A DNA stretch of 19,599 bases from Candidatus Thorarchaeota archaeon (GTDB lineage Archaea; Asgardarchaeota; Thorarchaeia; Thorarchaeales; Thorarchaeaceae), in contig JAEOUG010000042.1 in the NCBI GenBank assembly GCA_016839445.1, forward strand, positions 1 to 19,599, written 5' to 3'. The translations under genes were made by a program, and so were the position numbers. Below the pieces are notes generated by a model. That model was given only the letters and a program-made list of their open reading frames with translations. It was not told where the DNA came from and ran no database searches. This document shows, piece by piece, positions 14,201 to 19,042 of the stretch (position 1 is the stretch's first letter; each line of letters begins with the position of its first letter).

Positions 14201-17106
14201 ACTGTTACATCAACGTTGACGCTGTCATCGATGTTCACCCTTGCGTCTGCGACCGTGTAGCCAGTGACAAGAACCTGATCCCAGATTACTTCCTGACTCT
14301 GGCTGTTCTGGTTCACCGAAGTGATTCCATGGGTGTTCCCACTCGCCGCCACGAGATTATATGTCACTGCGGTGACAGAGGCCTGAGAGGGAGAGATTCT
14401 CCAGACGCCAGATCCTTGATGGGCTGCCGAGATAGTGTTTATCGTTACAGTGCCGTCGGTCACTGGGGCGTCGTCGTAATCGTATATCAGTGTGACATCG
14501 ACATTAACGCTGTTCCCCACATTGACGCGGTCGTCAGCAACCGAGTAGGAAACGACCAACACCTGGTCCCAGATGACCTGCTGTGATTGCCCGTTCTGAT
14601 CAACCAGAGAGATTCCGTGGGTTCCACCCGAGTAAGCAACTGTGTCGTAGGTGTTTGCCATGACTGTAGATTCCGACTCTGTGATTCTCCAGACGCCGCT
14701 TCCTTGGTGTGTGGCTGCGGCTGAGTTGATAGTGACCGTGCCGTCTGTGACTGGGCTGTCGTCGTAATCATAATAGAGGGTCACATCGACATTGACATTG
14801 GCATTGATGTCTACTCTGGCATCAACGACGGAGTATGACTGAATCTGCACTTGGTCGGCGATGTAAGTGTCAGTTGTGCTTGTGGTGTAGTACAGGTCGG
14901 TGCCGCCGGACCCTGCCCCTTCCTCGACAACTGTGACTGTGTAAGTGTCCTCTCCAACAACATCGTCTGCATAGCAGGTGACCGAGAATTGGCCAGAGGT
15001 CAAGGTGAGATCGGACCATGGTCCTACTGACGTTCCATACTCTGGTGCTGAAACCCAAACATCAACACTCGCCGAGTCTGGAAAATCGTCACCAGAACCG
15101 TAGTAGATGATGGTGCCTGTGATTGTGAAAGAGCCATCGAGGTCGCCTCTGTCGAGAGTGCCTGAGCCGTCGCTGATGCTTGGTGCAACGGAGTAGTCAA
15201 GCCGGGTCTCTGTGTCCCAATTAACCTCATACCATGTTGTTGATGATTCTGTCTGTGTATCCACAACGTAGACTCTTGCGTCTAGGTCGGTCGAGTCTGG
15301 AAAGTCCCAGTCAATCGTGAAGTAGAATGTTGCATCAATATCATTCCCGCTCTCTGTCGCGGTCGAGCTTCCCGTGTTCAGGGCGACATAAGTTCCTGCG
15401 TCGTATTCCTCAGTGAAAGAGTTCGTGTCCTCGTCATACCTGAACCTACAATACTCGGTGCTCTGTGCGTTATCCCATATGGAAACTTCAAGGTAGTCAA
15501 TGTCAGCAAACCCATTCTGGTCAGAAACATAGGCTGTGACCTGGTACTCCACGTACTGAGCGTACATGTTGTCAGTGTCAGTCGGATTGTCCAGAGTGGG
15601 GGCCTGGTCGCTTGCAGGTGCGTAGCTGGGAGTCCAGACGTGAATCAGTACAGCGTCGATCTCCCACGTGTTTTGTGTAGTGTCGCCGGTTTCAGTCCCT
15701 CCGACAAATCGTATCTCAAAGGAGGAGCCAGTGAGATAGCTAGTAATGCTGACGTTATTCCACTGATCAGGTGCAAGGTCGGAGATGACGTTTGTCCATG
15801 CACCATTCCAGACATCGACCTTGATGTCCTCCGCGGGCCAACCGCCACCGGTCACCGGATAGATACATAGTTCCTCATTGGTCTCGTCATAGTCCGCGCT
15901 TGTCCAACCCACTTCTAGGTCCAACTCGTAGTTGTCGGAGCCAGCCGTCCACACGTGGAGCAGGACTCCCTCTATCTCCCAAGTCTCCTGCGCAGTCGAC
16001 TCGTCACTTGTGTCTGTGAACCGAATCTCCAAGGCAGTGCCAGTGAGATAGGAACTCACTGATACATTGTTCCAGCCGGCAGCGACATCTGCTATCACAT
16101 TCTGCCACTGAGAACCATCCCAGACATCTACTCTAAGGGCCTCGGTGCCCTGAGTGCCTCCGTAGATGCAGAGTTCCTCATTGGATTCATCGAAGTCAGC
16201 TGCGGTCCAGCCGACCTCCAGATCAAGATCGTAGTTTGTCGTGCCAGCCTGGTACACATCAAGGTAGGCAGCATCGACCCAGTTGGTCGTAGGCGCTCCT
16301 CCGCCCTTCGTCATCGTGAACCTCACCCGACATGCATCAATCTCAGCTACGGTGTCAAGTCCACTGACCGTACCGGTGTTGTACCATGCACCTGCAGGGT
16401 CCGTGAATGAGCCACTAGCATCAGCGGTGCCATCGCTTGTCCAGTCCAGCTCCCACGCAATATCATCGTCATCTGCTTGACCACAGTATACATAGAGAAC
16501 CACTGTGAACGTTCCGGAGGAACCTGTTGTGGCGCCAAAACCATACCAACCTGAGACTGCTCCGTTGCTTGCTGTTGAGATGTAGCTGGTGGGGTAGTCC
16601 TGAGCGTCAAGATAGGGAGAGGTTCCGGTCTGAGTCCAAGTGACAGGTGTCGGTGCAGTGTCGACGTACAAGTCCTCGGCAATTTCGGGAGAGCCTGTGT
16701 CACCTTCCGTCAGGGTGTCGTAGACAGAATCGGTGTCCTGCATCTCTGCGAAGTTGCTGTGAGTTCCCACATCGGTTGGCGCATGAAGGTTTGATTGCTG
16801 GTCAACATAGTCCTCCAGATTGAATCCGGACGTGCCCGTATTGCCCTCGGTCATCTGGTCATAGTTGACTCCATAGTCCTGAAGGTCGGCAAATACGCTA
16901 TGCGTCCCTATGTCTGTGGGAGCATGCAGATTGGAGAGCTGCTGTACAAAGCTCTCAGTATTATCCCCTATGCCAGACACCGAGAATGAATCTCCGTCGG
17001 CAATCTGAATCGGGGTTGCCTCTGGCACTCTCATGTCTGGGGAAGGAGCAATCATCATTCCAAATAGCGCCAGGAAAAGTATCAGGGAAAGCACATCTCT
17101 TCTCAT
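5245..17106 (-). CDS. Giant cell-surface glycoprotein/adhesin, 3953 aa, type-I membrane topology
   Basis: Uninterrupted 11.86-kb ORF. N-terminal signal/anchor MRRDVLSLILFLALFGMMIA with SD-like AGGGTG upstream. About 30 beta-rich repeat modules and many NxS/T sequons. C-terminal TM IALTAVVGVVAIGGIVVVA followed by RRRK and a 264-aa tail. Confidence 0.93.
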   Translation of the reverse strand: MRRDVLSLILFLALFGMMIAPSPDMRVPEATPIQIADGDSFSVSGIGDNTESFVQQLSNLHAPTDIGTHSVFADLQDYGVNYDQMTEGNTGTSGFNLEDYVDQQSNLHAPTDVGTHSNFAEMQDTDSVYDTLTEGDTGSPEIAEDLYVDTAPTPVTWTQTGTSPYLDAQDYPTSYISTASNGAVSGWYGFGATTGSSGTFTVVLYVYCGQADDDDIAWELDWTSDGTADASGSFTDPAGAWYNTGTVSGLDTVAEIDACRVRFTMTKGGGAPTTNWVDAAYLDVYQAGTTNYDLDLEVGWTAADFDESNEELCIYGGTQGTEALRVDVWDGSQWQNVIADVAAGWNNVSVSSYLTGTALEIRFTDTSDESTAQETWEIEGVLLHVWTAGSDNYELDLEVGWTSADYDETNEELCIYPVTGGGWPAEDIKVDVWNGAWTNVISDLAPDQWNNVSITSYLTGSSFEIRFVGGTETGDTTQNTWEIDAVLIHVWTPSYAPASDQAPTLDNPTDTDNMYAQYVEYQVTAYVSDQNGFADIDYLEVSIWDNAQSTEYCRFRYDEDTNSFTEEYDAGTYVALNTGSSTATESGNDIDATFYFTIDWDFPDSTDLDARVYVVDTQTESSTTWYEVNWDTETRLDYSVAPSISDGSGTLDRGDLDGSFTITGTIIYYGSGDDFPDSASVDVWVSAPEYGTSVGPWSDLTLTSGQFSVTCYADDVVGEDTYTVTVVEEGAGSGGTDLYYTTSTTDTYIADQVQIQSYSVVDARVDINANVNVDVTLYYDYDDSPVTDGTVTINSAAATHQGSGVWRITESESTVMANTYDTVAYSGGTHGISLVDQNGQSQQVIWDQVLVVSYSVADDRVNVGNSVNVDVTLIYDYDDAPVTDGTVTINTISAAHQGSGVWRISPSQASVTAVTYNLVAASGNTHGITSVNQNSQSQEVIWDQVLVTGYTVADARVNIDDSVNVDVTVEYAYDSASVTDGSLTINGFSAAHQGLGVWRIVQSQSTVQSVTYDTVACSGNTEGITSVDQNGQSQQVVWDQVLVDSYSVSDARANVDANVNVDVTVEYAYDGTPVTDGSLTINGFSATHQGLGVWRVVQTRGTVQSVTYNTVACSGNTEGITSVDQNGQLTSVIWDRIVVQTTLVDDGRVDVSASAEIRVTLILEYDSTPLGAGDSVTLDGVAMTWDGTNSWFDLTRSQASVGVWLYYVNSTTEATYGITALNLNSQSVSVIWDQIQVQSYSTTDNRVGLNVNVDVSVTLLYVYDSTPVTDGSVTINSLSATHVGSGVWQTTDSQSSVQLVTYDTVACSGNTFGITAVDQNSQSTDVIWDRVQVQSYTVLDNRVNVGDSVNVDVTLYYDYDNSPVTDGSVTINTISAVHQGSGVWRISDSESSVIANTYDTVACSGNSLGITAVDQNGQTQQVIWDRVQVQGYSVVDDRVNVNVAVNIEVMLYYDYDDSPVTNGVVTINGEAANHLGSGVWWIQDSQAAVQLVTYDTVACSANTYGISVVDQNSLSQDVIWDQVVVVSYSVSDTRTSINDNVDVNVTLIYDYDDAAVTDGSVLINGNSATHLQSGIWNITATRGSVQLVTFNLVSCSGNLHGISAVDQNSQSVDVIFDRVQVVGYAVADARVNIGASVDVNVTLIYDYDDNPITDGTVTVNGLTATHISGGVWQFSDTEASVWANTYSTVAASGNLHGIDSVDQNGQSQQVVWDEIAVRSYSATDARVNINDAATIEVTLEYEYDDAPVTDGSVTINGISASHQGSGVWRITDTESAVTMNTYNLVVCSGNTLGITSVNQNSQTQEVIWDRVQVQGYSVSDSRVSINDAVNIDVTLYYDYDDSPVTDGTVTVNGISATHIGLGVWRASDSESTVTGNLYNTVSAAGNTYGISSIDQNGQSVSVIWDQLVITIGVDNPSPTNGVQANFTLAVIFDYDDAACTTYQVVVYRNGTWWHSFTDSNKSGFVDTNSDMTYTYTVAIVTSEGTFSVTAFTSNSRQVTWSIAANIAPVNDAEPVLINADDTDNLYARYRYYIITSNVSDADGYADIEYVEFSMYDNARTFAFWTVRYTVAGGTFSIQAGASYIALGSCSAVMVGNDLDITWAIKVDWDHPDLVDVDMHQYVNDGTVGVEDYYESNWDVETRLEITGLTVDDGSGTAGRGPLDGSFVVSGTVIYYGSGDDFPLSNETDVWVSSDAYGTNVGPWSDLTLSSGQFSLTAYAANSVILANLTIKAVAESAGSGGTSLLESATQSSYISDRVQVQVYTAVDPRINIGDTATIDVELLYEYDSSPVTDGTVTVNTLSATHQGGGVWRFTDMKSSVQLVTYDTVAYSGGTHGLSQVDQSAMSQDVIWDQIVVQTTVASDTRTNVGDSVEIRVTLWLAYDSSFLGSGDSVSLNGTSMTWDFGNSWFELAVSLSDVGLQAFYVNSSSEATYGITSLDVNSMSASVIWDQIVVQTTAVTDGRVDVTTSTEIRVTLWLAYDHEYLGAGDTVTLEDSAMSWDGANSWWEYSALQSSVGLWRYFVNSSIESTYGITALDMNGIFVEVIWDQIVVQTTAADDYRVNVGDNAEIRVTLYLAYDSTLLGAADSVALDGSLMTYDAGNSWFELLVSQASVGSWLYFVNATADSTYGITALDLNSQNVAVVWDRLVVQTTVADDSRIDISTSAEVRVTVWHEYDGTFLGSADSVTLDGSAMTWDAGNSWFELQVSQLSVGAWAYFVNSSISTVHGITLLDLNGQSVAIVWDQIQVQSSSVSDGRVNIGDTVDLDVTLVSLYDSSPVTTGSVLINGEAASHQGGGLWRISVSNASVSSALFNAVSASGNTYGISAIDQNAFSQTIIWDRLIISVGVDDPSLVNGVQANFTLTVTFDYDDSVCSTYQVVVIRNSTWWHSFTDTNLSLFVDVGTDVAYEYTVSIITSETAYGITAFTVNTRLAVWSAAPNEVPINTATPVLTNADDTDYMYARYRYYVLTSNVSDANGYLSISYVELTLLADDNSTVIWILRYTRATGVFSVELGGSFLTISASSYASGTGDVLEIVWMIKIDWTHPDVSGCYVEQLVTDGIDSDADSYSLGWNVETRLDYSATPSLSDDRGDVNTTDLVAQGSVIYYGSSITPLANETDVWIVHDVSGTWMGNLVAGDFTVGSISSSLVVRLNTYTFKIVIEGAGSGSSDLFFGASVTDTFITDRVEVYQAGTVDSRVNVNTVGEVWWRARYVYDSSEITSGVTIEINGSLVLTWDSVEARWHWSGSRASVQQDFFDIVSVLESTYGISNYTVLTSTQSVIWDAVVVSITNPADQRIDVGLNATGILVSAVYAFDGAPFDGTVTLNNTDFQYSSPQRQGYVASSLSGDYHGITLIQSSDVTWVIWDRVHVVSISATLFYFDPDESGTVAVTLQYEYDGTWVLAGSFSIAGEALAHVGTGRWEASISRSSYQSLMLDDLTTCDATLHGITEYNMDGQSVTFYWDRLEFYAVSVSDAHVNIGDTISLNWSVRLENAGIPVAAGIVSQMTGGISLLPSTGFLIASHSESTVTSSSFGIISASLENIDNFVQTVSDVTVIWDRVRVETTTASTDSLNAGQSVEIRVTMVYEFDETAVTDGEVRLTDGSMVHSMTYNAAGYWTASVVKSVAGSYTFRVDSIWDNEHGIQVLNLNAQSVVVEFAPGGSVGLPIETIALTAVVGVVAIGGIVVVARRRKPSVPGGLDFDVEPEGLGAAEPEVSLEEDMVGVDEAEDIEEAITPEIEEETGLDEVDEVVSEPEAAESEAALLEDTELAAEPEIPTEDLAAEPVEEVVEEPVIEPEVEVVEEELPSADAEPEAEEVTVVEAETAEIDEVEVEPTPERPLTKKELLDSMPPEIREAIPEADLQKLSKKEIEGLIESYVPPEEPLPDVGGPLPTEPSVPLTTELPLSELSKNELMDLLPDDIKSTVSAKELKRLSKQELISLLESFIGPEGES
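5269..5586 (-). repeat. Two 38-aa helical repeats at the C-terminus of the giant protein (5473-5586 and 5269-5382)
   Basis: LTKKELLDSMPPEIREAIPEADLQKLSKKEIEGLIESY versus LSKNELMDLLPDDIKSTVSAKELKRLSKQELISLLESF: 15/38 identical with no gaps, separated by a Pro-rich linker. Confidence 0.85.
6028..6096 (-). other. C-terminal transmembrane helix plus positive-inside stop-transfer of the giant protein
   Basis: aa 3671-3689 IALTAVVGVVAIGGIVVVA, then RRRK (aa 3690-3693). Confidence 0.9.
6133..7554 (-). repeat. Membrane-proximal block of five divergent Ig-like repeats
   Basis: Most units keep the frame D[RA]V..., Y[EVA][YF]D, HG/YGI, and V[IF]W/YW-D junctions, but vary in length and are far more diverged than the distal blocks. 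Confidence 0.75.
8590..10341 (-). repeat. Block of six Ig-like repeats (A-B-B-B-B-A; A = 96 aa, B = 98 aa)
   Basis: B consensus DQIVVQTT..DxRV....EIRVTL.L.YD...LG..DSV.LDG..M.WD..NSWFEL..SQ.SVG.W.YFVNS..E.TYGIT.LD.N....VIW. The spacing sums exactly to 584 codons. Confidence 0.9.
11395..14856 (-). repeat. Block of twelve tandem Ig-like repeats (A4-B-A7; 288-nt period for A units)
   Basis: A consensus D[QR]V.V.SYSV.DxRVN....VNVDVTL.YDYDD.PVTDG.VTIN..SA.HQGSGVWRI..S.S.V...TY.TVACSGNT.GI..VDQN.QSQ.VIW. The spacing sums exactly to 11x96+98 = 1154 codons. Confidence 0.93.
15631..16956 (-). repeat. N-terminal tip of the giant protein: two 41-aa repeats, a unique core of about 144 aa, then two repeats of about 100 aa
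   Basis: Short repeats at aa 51-91 and 98-138 (SNLHAPTD.GTHS.FA..QD....YD..TEG.TG, 26/41 identical). Long repeats at aa 291-387 and 392-492 (NY.LDLEVGWT.AD.DE.NEELCIY...WNNVS..SYLTG...EIRF...TWEI..VL.HVWT). Confidence 0.9.
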
Positions 17107-17339
17107 TCTTTTGACACCCTTTGCTGATTAGGCAGATGCGTTTGATTCTTGACGAAGTCTGTTTCCTGCTGCAGTCACTCAACAAGACGACCATGACTTC
17201 GCCATGTGACCGTCAGTTAGCATGCTAGGCCCATATCTGAGCACGTACACAGTCGCTGCCGTCGTAGGTCAAATAAGACAATCTAGGATGAACCGACGTA
17301 TTGCAGGTGGAGTGAAACGCGGACAGACAATGTAGGTTA

Positions 17340-18521
17340 CTATTCTGCCCCCAGAATCGTGACCACGATGTTGTTGCCGAAGCCACCGATATTGTGTGCT
17401 AGACCAATCCGTGGAGACTGCGTCTGCAACCCAGGCGGAGCTTCTCCCCTCAGCTGCAAAACGATGTCTCGAATCTGTGCAACGCCTGTGGCACCAGTCG
17501 GGTGGCCTCGTGCCTTTATCCCACCAGATGGATTGACTGGAATCTCACCAGAGACCTCCAGCGACCCCTTCTTCACGAGATCAATGGAAGCTCCTCTTGG
17601 AGCAAGCCCCAGGTCTTCCACATTCACTAGTTCCAGAATCGAGAAGGCATCATGCACTTCACATACATCTACGTCTGCAGGTCCTATGCCAGCCATTTGA
17701 TAGGCGCGCTCAGACGCTCTGACTGTGGCACTCAAGGACGTCAGTGAGTGTCTGTGTTGAACTGCAAAATAGTCGGTGGCATGACCGATGCCCAAAACCT
17801 GAATCGCATCTCTCGGGACATCCACATTCCTAGCGAGATCGTCTGACGTAATGACAACTGCTGCGGCTCCGTCCGACGTTGGGCTGCAATCGTACAGTGT
17901 GAGTGGGTCCGCGACGACTCGTGAGGAGCACACCTCTTCAATGGTAATCTCCTTCTGGAAGTGTGCGAGTGGGTTCTTCGCGCCATTCCTGTGTGCTTTC
18001 ACCGGTATCAGTGAGAGCTCGTCCCGAGTCAATCCGTAGTCGTGCATATAACGTCGAGCAATCATGGCTGCTAAAGCAGTAGGAGTCGCACCGTACCGCG
18101 CTTCATCTTCGAAGGATATCATCTTTGAGAGAATTCGTGAGGCCTGTCCTCTGTCAACTTCAGACATCTTCTCGACGCCCACCACAAGAACAGCTTCGGC
18201 TGCTCCTGAAGCAACCATGTTGAATCCTGCCTCAACTGCGCTCGCTCCCGAGGAGGGTCCTGTTTCGACACGCGTGGCTCCCGCAGGAACTAGGCCCAGC
18301 CTATCCGCGAGGTGCGTGGAAACGTGTCCTCGCTGGGTGAACTCGTCAGGGTTCTGGCAACCCACACACACGTGGTCTATGGCCCCCGAAGCGAGAGCCG
18401 CATCAGTCATGGCCTCAAAGGCGGCTTGGGCTGCTAGGTCAACGAGAGAGTCTGCTAGGACTCCGAATCTCGTCATCCCAACGCCAATAATGTTGACCGG
18501 CCTCAAGGGGTGCATCCTCAC
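17340..18521 (-). CDS. Thiolase-fold protein (archaeal SCP2/SCP-x type) lacking the nucleophilic Cys, about 391-393 aa
   Basis: Motifs IIGVGMTRFG, KAHRNGAKNPLAH, DCSPTSDGAAA, EVHDAF, VNPSGGIKARGHPTGATG and AHNIGG. The ExACASG motif reads ETGPSSG. The start is GTG 18521 (GTGA overlap with the upstream stop) or ATG 18515. It ends in a double stop TAG TAA. Confidence 0.92.
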   Translation of the reverse strand: MRMHPLRPVNIIGVGMTRFGVLADSLVDLAAQAAFEAMTDAALASGAIDHVCVGCQNPDEFTQRGHVSTHLADRLGLVPAGATRVETGPSSGASAVEAGFNMVASGAAEAVLVVGVEKMSEVDRGQASRILSKMISFEDEARYGATPTALAAMIARRYMHDYGLTRDELSLIPVKAHRNGAKNPLAHFQKEITIEEVCSSRVVADPLTLYDCSPTSDGAAAVVITSDDLARNVDVPRDAIQVLGIGHATDYFAVQHRHSLTSLSATVRASERAYQMAGIGPADVDVCEVHDAFSILELVNVEDLGLAPRGASIDLVKKGSLEVSGEIPVNPSGGIKARGHPTGATGVAQIRDIVLQLRGEAPPGLQTQSPRIGLAHNIGGFGNNIVVTILGAE

Positions 18522-19042
18522 TCGACAAGCACAAGAAGATCGTTGGGAGTCACAGTCGAACCGGGAGCAACATTAACCTCCTTGACTGTGCCTGAACTCG
18601 CAACCTTGAGCTCATTGAACATCTTCATGGCCTCAAGAATCGCTACCGTATCACCGCTCTTGACTTTGTCCCCCACTATGACCTTCACCTCAGTGATCTT
18701 GCCAGGCATTGGAGGATACACTCCTCCCTTGACCTTGACACCGCCAGAGGCAGCCGCTGTTGATGCCGCCGCAGCCTCTTGGCGCCGCACGCGTTCCCAT
18801 TCAACTTCCCGCTCCTGGCCATTAATCTCAAGCAGGAGGGACTTGCCTGATCGTCTGAGAATCTTCACAGCGAAATCGGTACTCGTATCGTTCACATTCC
18901 AGGAGTCGTCTTCAGCCCGGCTCGCTTTGATTGTGTAACTCTCTTCACCTACTTTGACAACTAGAACGCCGCCCTCGTCCAGCATTTTGACCTCTACTGC
19001 ATAGGGCTTCTCGTCCAGGGTCACTTCATACTCCCGACTCAT
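18518..19042 (-). CDS. Biotin carboxyl carrier protein with an extended beta-rich N-terminal domain, 174 aa
   Basis: PMPGKI...GD.V..GD....LEAMKM.NEL biotinylation motif, Ala-rich linker (EAAAASTAAASGG) and a strand-rich N-terminus of about 85 aa. TAATG overlap with the upstream gene at 19040-19044. Confidence 0.95.
   Translation of the reverse strand: MSREYEVTLDEKPYAVEVKMLDEGGVLVVKVGEESYTIKASRAEDDSWNVNDTSTDFAVKILRRSGKSLLLEINGQEREVEWERVRRQEAAAASTAAASGGVKVKGGVYPPMPGKITEVKVIVGDKVKSGDTVAILEAMKMFNELKVASSGTVKEVNVAPGSTVTPNDLLVLVE

Noticed and set aside
11395-14856. 288-nt periodic DNA repeats as a CRISPR array, DGR template/variable repeats or a satellite
   Set aside because: The repeats are in-frame protein domains diverging mostly at synonymous sites. 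There is no repeat-spacer structure, no adenine-specific variation seen and no reverse transcriptase or cas gene.
7800-15150. RGD tripeptides in two E modules (LDRGDL, DDRGDV), tempting given the nearby MIDAS vWA protein
   Set aside because: They occupy the structural DxR-x-[DN] position shared by the stalk repeats, the third copy is RGP, and the vWA protein has no export signal.
17107-17339. 233-nt intergenic region upstream of the giant gene as a possible ncRNA, riboswitch or mobile-element end; 77-aa ORF 16961-17194
   Set aside because: No convincing stable structure, tRNA fold, terminal repeat or match to the 5187-5244 junction was seen. The ORF overlaps the giant gene out of frame.
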